Below, one piece after another: positions 52,150 to 64,000 of a stretch of 64,000 nucleotides of DNA. Within the stretch, counting starts at the first letter, position 1. Every line of letters starts with the position of its first letter. A program made the position numbers and the translations under genes. The DNA comes from Octopus sinensis (lineage: Eukaryota): the NCBI RefSeq assembly GCF_006345805.1, contig NC_043000.1, forward strand, positions 126,914,001 through 126,978,000, read 5' to 3'. The notes under the pieces were generated by a model. The model was not told where the DNA came from, did no database searches, and saw only the letters and a list, made by a program, of their open reading frames with translations.

Positions 52150-53026
52150 TATGTCGTCTGATCAATAAGAATCCAGGCTGTTGCCATAGTAACAAAGCTG
52201 AAGCACGCAGAGTGAAGCTGCTTGGCACAGATTGACCTTGGACTCTGCTGTGCATGCACACTAAGTTTTAACATTCTAGCTTATTTCTGCTGTTTACAAC
52301 AGTGCTTGGAAAGAAGGTGTCTAGTGTGTAATCACTGCATTGACCATGACAATGCAGTGAGTAGAGAATCTACCAAAAGCTTGGTGATACCCACTCAGAG
52401 GCCTATGCAAAGTTTTCAAAAAGTTTGCATCATTCTCGACATTATCAAAGAGATGTTGTGCAACTGAAACCCGAGTTTATTTTTGGTCAGCTGAAAGATG
52501 TTTTGGCACAAACTTAGCAGACACATGTCTCATACCCAAATCTTCAGTGCTAATGGATTGAACTATAACTAATCTGAACCATAAATAATCTGCTCATCCT
52601 CTGATAACCCACAGATGGTGATTCGATGACTTCCCATCACAGCTGCACACACATTTACGATGTTTTTCGCAGTTCTGCTGGTTGTGGGTCTCCCAGAATG
52701 TTTGTCAATATCAACATTTTTTGGCCATCTTCAAAATGTCTGAACTGCTCGTATACTCATGTGTGGCTCATACACTCCTTTCCATACACTTTCTTCAACT
52801 TTCTGTAGGCCTCTGAGTAGGTATCGCCATGACAACTTTCTGTCATGGTCAATGCGATGATCACACACTACACACCTTCCTTCCAAGTACTGCTGTAAGC
52901 AGTGGAAGTGAGCTAGAATGTTAAAACTGAGTGTGCATGCACAGCAGAGTTCAGGGTCAATCTTTGCAATGCTTTAGTTTCATTACTATGGCAACAGTTT
53001 GGATACTTATTGATCAAACCTCGTAT
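52150..53026 (-). mobile_element. Mariner-derived element with ~260-bp inverted arms and transposase N-terminal HTH remnant
   Basis: 52150-52410 mirrors 52800-53026. The minus strand encodes decayed YSEAYRKLKKVYGKECMS...HSGRPTTSRT...RHVSAKFVPK. Confidence 0.75.
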
Positions 53027-53253
53027 ATCATCATCATCATCGTTTAACATCCGCTTTCCATGCTAGCATGGGTTGGATGATTTGACAGAGGGCTGGCAAA
53101 CCAGATGGCTGCACCAGGCTCCAATCTGATCTGGCAGAGTTTCTACAGCTGGATGCCTTTCTTAACACTAACCATTCTGAGAGTGTAGTGGGTGCTTTTA
53201 CGTGTTACTGGCCTGGGGGCCAGTCAGGCCATATATATATATATATATATATA

Positions 53254-53378
<125 letters not shown>

Positions 53379-53878
53379 AGTAATAATTAAATAGAATATG
53401 AAAACTTGTTCTTATTTTATAATTTTATACAGCATATCATTATGACCTACATGCATTTTTCCTGCACTGGCAGTTGCAGATGTAATCTGGCACTATCATC
53501 AGTGTAGCTTCTTCAGAGTCTATCCATTTGGCAAGTCTTGAAGTGAACATGTGTAAACACGTGTAGGTCATAATAATATGCTGCATACAATTGTAAAATA
53601 AGAGAAAATAAATTTAGAGGATGAACAAGTCTCAATACTCTATATCATTATTACTAATATATACTCCAGACAATATTACTGTCCAGCAAAACGAACATGG
53701 AATTACCCATTGGAAGAATTCACAGAGTGACAGACAACTAATAGTAGTAACAGACATTAAATAATGATTGATGTGGTTAGCTGTAAACTGGAACTTAATT
53801 GAGAGCTACCATGGTATCCGCCCAGATTACCAGAATATGTATCCCTCCAAATTCACACACACACATATATGTGTGTGT

Positions 53879-53921
<43 letters not shown>

Positions 53922-55959
53922 TATACATATGATGGAAGCTAGCTCATCAAGGAGGAAGACTATTTCTTGTTAATGAGCAACGAAAGGAAGCTGACTTTAT
54001 AGACTTCATAGATTTGCTACTTTTCATCACATGCACACACCATAATACATATATAAATAATTTACTGTGAAGCCATGTAGGCAGAAAGAAAGTTCCAGAG
54101 AAATATAGTGTTGGTGTAGCAAGACAGCCAAGCTGTTTAACATCAGAGCTTCTCATAAGAAACATTGCAAGGACAGTTATTAGTGATAAAGCAGGTCCGG
54201 TATTTTAATAATTCAATAGGGCTTGTATGACAAGGGGTTCATTGAATCAATGATGAGATCACAGCATAGTGATGATATAAATAATAAAGTGTGTTATTGA
54301 GGTGATAATCTGTGTTCAAATAATGGTAAAATTGGATTTTTGTTCATCACTCTGGGACAATAAGATAAATCCTGGTAATATATTTGATTAGATTCAGTTA
54401 ACAATACACCTCTTACTTGTGTAAAGGAGTCTTGCAATTAGGCCAAAAGTAATCCCTTTTATTTTGTCTTTTTTTAAAAATAAGTGTAAGAAAATTAGAA
54501 AGATATTAGTGAAAGGAGACGGTAATTGTCAAACTACTTATTTATTCAATGGCCAATGTAATTTATTTGCTCTTGTCTAAGAATATAATTCAACACTACA
54601 ATCTATTGAGACAGATGAGAAGATTTGCCAAAGGCAAACGATATAAAATTATATAGAAAAACAGTAGATACTGAGAGAACTAGTGATGTTCTGTTGTCGG
54701 CAAAAAGTAATACAAATAGTTCAAACAGTGAAATATGTTTTATGCCTTGAGGAAAAGAAGTTTAATGTTTTAGGCAGAAATGTTTGTTGAAGAGAAAAGA
54801 AATGTTAGCTGGTGATGGGGTGGGGGATATAAACTTAGTGAGATTAGTGAGAGAAAGGAAGAGGTAACAAGTGTTAGGAGTGAACGAAAGAGAGAAAGGA
54901 AAGAGTGAGAGAGAGAGAGAAGGAGAAAAGAGAGAGGGGAGAAAATAAAAAGGAATGCTAGTGGATTTGAAAACTATTGAGAAGATGTAGAAAGAAATAT
55001 AGGAAAAATGCTATACAGATATACAAACACACATTTGCATATATGTGTGTGATTGTGTGTGTCTAAAGTGAGTGAAACATCTACACTCATGTACTTATGT
55101 CTGCATTTGCAAATATATACTCTTTTACTTGCTTCAGTCATTCGAGTGTGGCCATGCTGGAGCACTGCCTTTAATCGAGCAAATCGACCCCAGGACTTAT
55201 TCTTTGTAAGCCTAGTAATTATTCTATCGGTCTCTTTTGCTGAACAGTTAAGTTACAGGGACGTAAACACACCAGCATCGGTTGTCAAGCGATGTTGGGA
55301 GGACAAACACGTACACATAAACATATACACACACATACATATATATATATATGCATATATACGACAGGCTCCTTTCAGTTTCCGTCTACCAAATCCACTC
55401 ACAAGGCTTTGGTTGGCCTGAGGCTATAGTAGAAGACACTTGCCCAAGGTGCCATGCAGTGGGAATGAACCTGGAACCATGTGTTTGGTTAGCAAGCTAC
55501 TTACCACAAAGCCACTCCTGCACCTATTATATAGATAATAATGGTTTCAAATTTTGGCACAAGGTCAGCAAGTTCAGGGGTGGTGGCTTGTCACTTATAT
55601 CGACCCCAGTGCCTTACTGGTATTTGTACTTGTTTTATCGACTGGAAAGGATGAAAGGCAAAGTCAACCTTGGCAGAATTTGAACTCAGAGCATAAAGAT
55701 GGACAAAATGCTGTTAAGCATCTTGCCTGGCATGCTAACAATTCTGCCAACTCACCAGCAAACAAAATATATAAACACCCATATACATACATACATACAC
55801 ACACACATACTCTTATGCATGCATACATCCAAACACATGCATGCACAATCATGCCTAGATATCCAGAGATAGTTTTGGTGTTACTGTGAACATCATAGTA
55901 ATGATGTTTAGCAGAATAACATACAGCAAAAGGAAGCTCTCTGATACATCAACAGTGTA

Positions 55960-56950
55960 TGCAGATTTATGCTGCATGTTATGCACGAATTACACCCCTC
56001 AGAAGCAAAACTCTGTTGCCCCTATACCGTCTTCCTCTGACTTTCCTTCGAACACTACTAGCCTCATCATCAATACATCTTGTATTTTTAATAATTATTT
56101 TTTCCCCTTAAGCTGCACAAACCCAGATATCCTTGTCACCCCATCATCTTTACTTGTAGTTGCCCAACTGAACTCTTTTGTAGCTACTTTGATAAACTCA
56201 TGCCACTTCTTGTACGTTGAGGGGCCTTGCTGACCTGTCAACATACAGAAACACTTATCATGCCCCTCATCTTCTCAACTCTTTTTTTTTCTCTCCTTCA
56301 CACATACAACTAATCACCACAGGAGGAAAATCTCTGTACAATGTTATCACCCATAATGATGGGCAATTAACTCTTAAACATTTCTTTTCCTTGACCTCCA
56401 CTCTTAACTGAAACTAGTATATCATTCCTCTCAGGCAAGTTGAACTCATGCTTACCCTGAACTCTATTTGCTTCTCTGATGAATTCTATCAGCAAACTTT
56501 TACAGTGATCGTAGGGACTAAAATGAGCTCAAACCACATTAGCTGTATCGGATCTTAGATTTTTGCTCAGTTCAGCAGAACCTACTTCTAAATTCTATGG
56601 TCATTACATTGACGACTGTAGCAGTGCTACATCACTCACCATTAATGAATTTACTTCTTTCATTTCTATTCAGCTTTAGAATTTACCTCATTATCTCCAA
56701 TACCACTTATCTTCCCCAGTATCACTCTCATTATAAGTATGTTCATTATAAACTTACAGACTCACATTCCTATCTTAACTCTTTCTCCTCTCATCCAAAT
56801 CACATTAGAATTCCCATCCTATTCATGCAATTTCTGTGACCTCAATGACTAAGCAGTAAATACTGGAAGTATTTTTTAAATCCAATGAAATACACCAATT
56901 TTTTCCGTGCATAGACTTATCCTGTGGTGTTAACTGTCTCCACACACCAG
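55960..56950 (+). mobile_element. Degenerate Penelope-like element RT fragment
   Basis: Decayed PLE RT motifs: SLYNVITHNDG, VELMLTLNSICFSDEFYQQ...VGTKMSSNH, HYKLTDSHSYLNSFSSHP...FMQFL. Confidence 0.72.
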
Positions 56951-58427
56951 TGAATCCAGCTTATTGACAAAACATTTGTAATTTTGCTCAAGAAATACTG
57001 CAAAGCATTTTTTACTGATTGCTGTAAAGATTCAGTCAGCTTATTGTTTACATTATTTACATTGGATGGATATGTGTCCTCATCCAATGTAAATAATGTA
57101 CAGAATTTCTCATCTCTAAAATACAGAACAGCTCATTGTTTTATGTGTATATATTGTTAAGGATTGTTATCAAAAGGATTTTGTGTTAAATTTCTTAACA
57201 GAATAATTTTGCTACAACAATTACTTTCACAAAATTCCAAACATAAGATATATATTGATGCAAAAGTACCTTTGCAAGGAAAATATTCAAATTTAGAAGT
57301 AGTTATTAATGAATATAATCATCTAGAGAATGAAATCGCTTAGAAAATTAATAAAAGTTATATAAGATACATTTCAGTTTCAGGTAGAGATCTTCCTATT
57401 GTTTATGTAAAGTTTATAATGAAGGTAATTAGCAAGGAGGATAATGTCTAGCAACCTTTTAATGATTTATTGCATTACCAAGCTGAAGGCTACACAAATT
57501 ACTGGCACACATACTCTTCTCATTTACTAACTGTGGACAAAAGTCATAGGTATGAGGAGTATAGAAAATAGTTGAAAATTAATCTGTCTTGCTTGTTTCA
57601 GTTGCAAAGGAGCCTACTATAGCCAGAGGGATAACACAAAGTTAAAAATGTGTTCATCTAAGAAATCATCATCATCATTGTTTAACATCCGCTTTCCATG
57701 CTAGCATGGGTTGGACAATTTGACTGAGGTCTGGTGAACCAGATGGCTACACCAGGCTCCAAGCTGATCTGGCAGAGTTTCTACAGCTGGATGCCCTTCC
57801 TAATGCCAACCACACTGAGAGTGTAGTGGGTGCTTTTATGCGTCACTGGCACGAGGGCCAGTCAGGTGGTACTGGCAACTGCTATGCTCAAATGGTGCTT
57901 TTTACGTGCCACCTGCTCAGGAGCCAGTCCAGCACCACTGGCAACGACCTCGCTGGAATGTTTTTTCATGTGCCAATAAGGTGACGCAGGTAATGATCAC
58001 GCTCGAATGGTACTCTTAGCATTCCACTAGCATGGATACCAGTCATCGAATTTGATTTCGATTTCAATTTCACTTTCCTCAACAGGTCTTTGCAAGCAGA
58101 GTTTAGTGTCCAATGAAGGAAAGATACGCATAAGTAGGCTGGTTACACCCCTGGCATAGGCCACAAGGTTATGATCTCACTTGAGCTTGCTGAGTCTTCT
58201 CAAGCACAGCATATTTCCTAAGGTCCCGGTCACTAGTCGTTGCCTCGGTGAGGCCCAATGTTCGAAGGTCAGTTCTAAATACTTACAATAGTGTGAATGG
58301 TGTGCATGATTAAAATACTAAATATGAATGTTTATTTGTCAACAATAACTAAATTGGTATAAGATATTCATCAACAAGATCGCATTACTGGGAACAAATG
58401 AACACACACACATACACACACATTTTT

Positions 58428-59008
58428 TGGCAGAAGTTACAGAGTGACATCAGGGATGGGAGTTTCGTGCATTGGCACTTATCAAACTGGTTTCAAATTA
58501 TGAACATTGCATTTATATAGACTGATTAAAATGATAAATATAATTCCCTCGGTTGTTCCTGAATAAATTATAAAAATGATTACAAGATAACATGAATAAT
58601 GCATATTTTTTCAAAAATAGTTTGTCCATTAAATAGTTAAATAAAGGACAAAGAAGCTAAATCAAAATATGGCAAAAAGAAAGTATACATATGCACACAT
58701 ATATGTACATATATACACATACATAAATGTACCAATATATATGTGCATGCATATAAACATAATATGTACATGTATAAAAACAAATACACATGTATATATA
58801 CATATATATATACACATGCACATTTGAAAGCATAGGCATTAATTTTGTAACAGTGTAATTGTTTTTACAATTTATTCTAGAACAATCTTGAGAATTACAT
58901 ATCATTTTAACCAGTCTATATAAGTGTAATGGCCATAATTTGAAATATGCACATTAAGTGCCAATGTGCAAAACTCTTCACCATTGAATCACTTGCAAAC
59001 TTCTGCTG
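58428..59008. mobile_element. Old MITE with ~55-bp diverged inverted ends
   Basis: GCAGAAGTT...GAGTTTCGTGCATTGGCACTTA is mirrored by TAAGTGCCAATGTGCAAAACTC...AACTTCTGC. Confidence 0.5.
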
Positions 59009-59015
59009 ATTAATA

Positions 59016-59448
59016 CTGTAAATCCTCGAGTATAATCCACATTTTTTTCTCAAAATTTAAAGGTCAAAATCCTTAGTGTGTGCTATATACGAGGTTAAAA
59101 ATGAAAAATATTTTCTAAGAAATGTCTGAGTCTCTATTTGCTGTCCAGCAATGTTTATTCAGGCATATTTTGTGATGTCGGGCGCGAAAATACCTTAAGC
59201 TAAGCCTGAAAGCAATGAAGTCATAAAAGAATCATCCATAACTTGCAGTAAGCAACATTTATTAAATGTTATTACTGTTATTTCTATATTTTCTGCAAAC
59301 AAAATGCACACAAAACTACACGTTTGCATTATGTTCTATATACAATAATAATAAAGGACGCTACGGTATACATTTTTACAAACCAAGGATGTTAAATAAA
59401 TCCCCTGCATACTATACTCAAGGGCGGACTATACTCGAGGATTTTCGG
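59016..59448. mobile_element. Tc1/pogo-type MITE
   Basis: TA|CTGTAAATCCTCGAGTATAATCC ... GGACTATACTCGAGGATTTTCGG|TA: terminal inverted repeats with TA duplication. Confidence 0.75.
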
Positions 59449-59835
59449 TAACATAAAGTATATATACATATATATATATAGTTATGTTTGGAGTTTTATT
59501 TTCCTGTTTGTATCACCGTATATATGTATGTGTTTGTGTATGTATGTATGCATGTATGTATTGCCGTTTATGCAAGGCTAGTTAAATAACATTTATGAGA
59601 CACGAAACTTATTTCACATCAGCAAGTGAAGAGAACAAAAGATAGAGTGAAGAAAAAAATGAAAATCAATTTAAAAATAAAAATTAAAAAATATACAATT
59701 AAATACAATGACAAATATTGAAAGAAATTATTAATTGCAGTATTAACATTATTTTATATGTTAATGAAAACACGTTTATTTATGGCATCATAATTACTTA
59801 ATGGTTTCTATTCACCTGGAATAGTAAAAGATTTA

Positions 59836-59866
<31 letters not shown>

Positions 59867-59889
59867 CATATGTATGTGCATATATATGC

Positions 59890-59934
<45 letters not shown>

Positions 59935-60002
59935 TATATATACATATATATATACACATATACATATTGTATGCGTGTGTATATAGATAGATGCACACAC
60001 AC

Positions 60003-60038
<36 letters not shown>

Positions 60039-60120
60039 TAGCGTTAATACTACATTTAATAATATCCTTGATTATTATTTAACACACAACATACAAAATA
60101 TTATAACAACATAAACATAC

Positions 60121-60447
60121 TTTGTAAATTTTATGCTGTTGTTTGACTTTGTCCAAATCTGACCAAATGAGAGGTTCTGCAATCAATGCTTCACTTGTAT
60201 CAAGCCAGTAAGTGACAGCAGATGAGGTTTCATGGAACTGCCTTAATAATCCTTCAACTTCGGTAAGTTGTTGTGTCCTGCAGGAGATCGATGCTTGCAG
60301 TGCAGAATGTCGCTTGTTCAGACTAGCCAAGGTGCTCTGAACTTTGTTCTTCTCCACACTGTCAGGACTATGCTTTGCAATTTGTCCTCCAATACCACGG
60401 AGATTCGAGAGTTTCTTCTGCTGTGCGCCGAATTCTTTTATTAATTC
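60121..60447 (-). CDS. Internal coding exon 1 of 11 in window, giant spectrin-repeat protein (nesprin-1/MSP-300-like)
   Basis: aag acceptor, gtatgt donor, 327 nt, phase 0/0. Reads ELIKEFGAQQKKL...SSAVTYWLDTSEALI...KQQHKIYK with heptad helices and the spectrin helix-A W-L motif. Confidence 0.85.
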
Positions 60448-63400
60448 CTTTACATCATATGAAAAAATTGAAGACATGAATTAAATAATTTATTAATATA
60501 TAAATTAATAAAGACATATTCCTACATACATATAGATATATGTAGCTAGCTTGCTAGCTAGATCGGTACATACATACATATGTGTTTATAAATAACTATG
60601 TATGTAAATATATATATATATATATATACACTAGGTATATGTATATATATCAATGCACACACACGCGCACACACATTAGTATAAGTAAACAAGTATAGAA
60701 AATACAAAATTAAATGTTATTAACTTCAACAAAGAGGAACAATAAAAACAGCAACATGTTTGTACATGCTGAATAATTTCATAAAGTTATTTGTTGACCT
60801 GGCCTGCTATTTCCTACCCATAACAAACAACCAACCAACCAAACAAACAAACAAACAAACAAAGAGAAAACAAAATCTCTGTTTTTGTTCAAAGCAATTG
60901 GTTTCCTGTGATTAATCAACAACAACAGCAGGGGAGACTGGCTTTGCTGGTGTCTTTGGAAAAATATTGAAATATCTATTGGTTAGACAGACTAAAAAAA
61001 GAATACATTTGTAAGTACATAAATTAATTCTCTTTGGTGTTGGGTGCACATTGATACACAGTTATACACCCAAGAAGTGGTGTACGTGCATGTGTGAATA
61101 AGTATATGTGTATATATGTATGGAAATATATATATGTGTTTGAGTGTGTGCATGTCTATGTTGTGTGTATGTAGGTGTGTGAGATTGATTAATGTTCTAA
61201 GTCTTTAATGGGAATTATTGAAGAATGTTAGTTGGAGGGCAAAAAATAGATTTGTGTGAAAGAAGTTGGAGATTTGGGAAAGAAGAAATGGTAAAACAGT
61301 AAAAAAAGAAAAAAAATGTTTTTAGTTAAGGTGCCTGAGGAATGAGGAGGCAATGAAGATGATGATATGGCAGAACATTGATGGGTGCAATAAGTATATT
61401 TTTTTTGGTAAAAACATCAAAGTTAACAGATTGACATCTGAATGTTGAATGTACTTCCAGAAAAGAGAGAAAGAGAGAGAGGGACAGAGAAGGTGAGAAG
61501 GAGGAAGACAGAAGAGGAGAGTGAGTGCGAAAGAGAGGGAAAGAGAGGGGGAGAAGGAGAGGGAGAGACAAAAAGAAGAGAGAAATGCAGAGAGAAGGGA
61601 AGAGGGTAACAAGAAAGAGAGAGAGATAGGGGGGCGGAATGAAGAATACAAATCACCATTGGGTGTTTAATTAGAGTGCTAACGAGTAAAAGTTGTTGAT
61701 TTAGCCCCAGGTCATCTCTGATAGAGCAAACATTTAGCTGTTGGTGGGTGTCTGTAGGTGTTTATATTGGCAGAGACATTAAAACATTGGACATAGTGTT
61801 TCACAGTATTTCTTCAAATTTGCTACAATCTGAGTTCTAATTTTGTCATGTTCAACTTTGACTTATATCCTTTTGGGGCCAATAAAAAAGTACCAATCCC
61901 AGATAGGCAGAAAAGCAAAACTTTTCAAACCAAATGCCTCACAGTACATGTTCTTTGTATTCTGATTTCAAATCCTATCAAAGTCAACTTTGTCCATCAT
62001 CCTTTTAGGATCAATAAAGAAAGTAGCAAGGTTGTAGATTAAACCTGAGATTAATCCTTTAGATTAATCCTGTAGATTAACCATGTAGATTAACCCTGGG
62101 ATTCATAAGGCCAGTTTCTCAGTTTCCATAGTGTGTAAGTGATCAAGATCATAACAATCCTTCTGAGTTTCATTTTTGTATTGGGTTTGCAAGATTCTTT
62201 ATGTGAATCTGTGTGTTGAAACAAATTTTGTTGTGTCCACAAAGCGTCATCATGCCAATATAATTAACACACACACCGGTTCAATTCCACTCATTTATTA
62301 TTATTAGTTGTTAATATTGGCATAATGACTATCCCCAGACACAACAAAATCTCTCTGAACGGGATGCTAAAAATGAGTACAAGCAAAGTGTGGGTACAGT
62401 ACTCTTTCCCTCCAGCTGTTGTATCCAGGTTGTAATCCTTGGTCAAAGAGAGTTAGAGTTGGGCTGGTGTCTGTCTCTGCTTGCAATGACATAGGGTCAT
62501 ACACTGCAATATTTGTTCTGGCTCTTTGTGTTCTGAGTTCAAATCCCACCATAGCCTACTTGAGTGGTAGATTTAATCCATCACCTAGTTTCAACATGGT
62601 CACCAGGTACTTTGGCAGTCTTTAACAAAGTCCACTAGCTTTCAAGCATTTGAATCATGTTTCCAATTTAAGGACACCTTCATTCCTCCCACAAGTCTTA
62701 GAGGTCCTGTAATATATTATGGGTATTAGCTTCCTTCCTGAACAAAAGATGAAAAAAAGTCCAAATGATTAGATATAACCTATAGATCTGTTATATTGAT
62801 TTAGATATACCATGCCTCCATCTTGCAAAGAATCATACTGCATATGCAGTATCTGATTTGGGTGAGATTTGGTTGCTATTTCTAGTTGGTTAAACAACCA
62901 TGAAGAGGCTCCTTTACTGGGTCATGGTGTTATAGATGTGTCTGTTTGAAGTTGACTGTGCATTTGCTGACAAGAAGTATGTTGCTGCAGCAATAAATTT
63001 AATTCTTTTTACTCCATGCAAGCCCAAGTGCTCTTTCCATTTTAGGATTTTGTTTGTGTTATAATGGCAATATGGACTTTGTGCAACCAGCGATGAAGTA
63101 AAGTGCACAATTTTATTTGTTGTTTATTGTGGTTAGTTGTGAGAATATTGGGACCCCTTACAGAAGTGCTTAATCTATAGAGGATCTAACTACATATATA
63201 TACAACAATTTTATTTTTGTTGGCCAAATATAAGCATATTCTTAGTAATGTATGTGCATCAATTTGCTTTCCTTACTATGTCTTATACATATATATATAT
63301 ATATATTATATATATATATATATAATATATATATATATAATTTTAATCCAAACAGGAAACAAAAAAACAACAACAATGGAACAATTACAGTATTATTATT

Positions 63401-63564
63401 AATAGGCGCTCAGGAAATGGAAGCAGGGAGGTATGACGTTTCGAGCGGAGCTCTTCGTCGGAAACATAAAGAAGGAAGAGAGAGGAAAGAAAGATCCCAG
63501 AGCGGGCAACAGGGAAAGAGAAAAAAGACGACTGGTGTTTACGAGTTGCACATGGTGAAAAAAA

Positions 63565-63599
<35 letters not shown>

Positions 63600-64000
63600 T
63601 TTATATATATAAATTAATAATAGTATGTTTACCGTCATGGAGATTCTTATAGTAGTAGAAAAGGAATTTTTAACTCCTATTTCTAATTTCAGTATGTGGT
63701 GAAGAAGTTAGCTGAACCCTAATTATAATTATATATATATATATCTTCTTGTATTTTAGTGGAGGTGTTGTATACATTCTGGTATCCAAAACATGTCTTC
63801 TGTGTGTGATACATACAAACATACATACACTACAGGCATACATCACATCCTACATATATACATACATACCATATACATATATTACATACTACATATACAC
63901 TCATATCGATATACATGTATACACACATACATAAATACATACATTACATACACACATATACATAGGTACTTACACATACCTACATGCAAGCACACACATG

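Overview
AT-rich animal genomic DNA dense in (TA)n/(CA)n/(AG)n/(ATT)n microsatellites and SINE-like repeats. The repeat content looks octopus/coleoid-like, which is inference only. The whole window lies inside one minus-strand gene with no start or stop visible. I can join 11 GT-AG exons, all phase 0, into an open 3147-nt (1049-aa) stretch of spectrin-like repeats interrupted by an S/T/P-rich linker, most like a nesprin-1/MSP-300-type giant spectrin-repeat protein. The introns hold fragments of RTE, Dong/R4, Penelope, Gypsy and mariner elements, several MITEs and many SINEs. The most striking unannotated signal is about a dozen minimal type-I hammerhead-ribozyme motifs (CUGANGA...GAAA, palindromic stem III). 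Several sit at the apex or in the arms of long fold-back elements next to microsatellites. One looks fully intact (33073-33117) and one carries a compensatory G3-C8 core swap (12967-13016). All coordinates and pairings were read by eye; no searches or folding were run.
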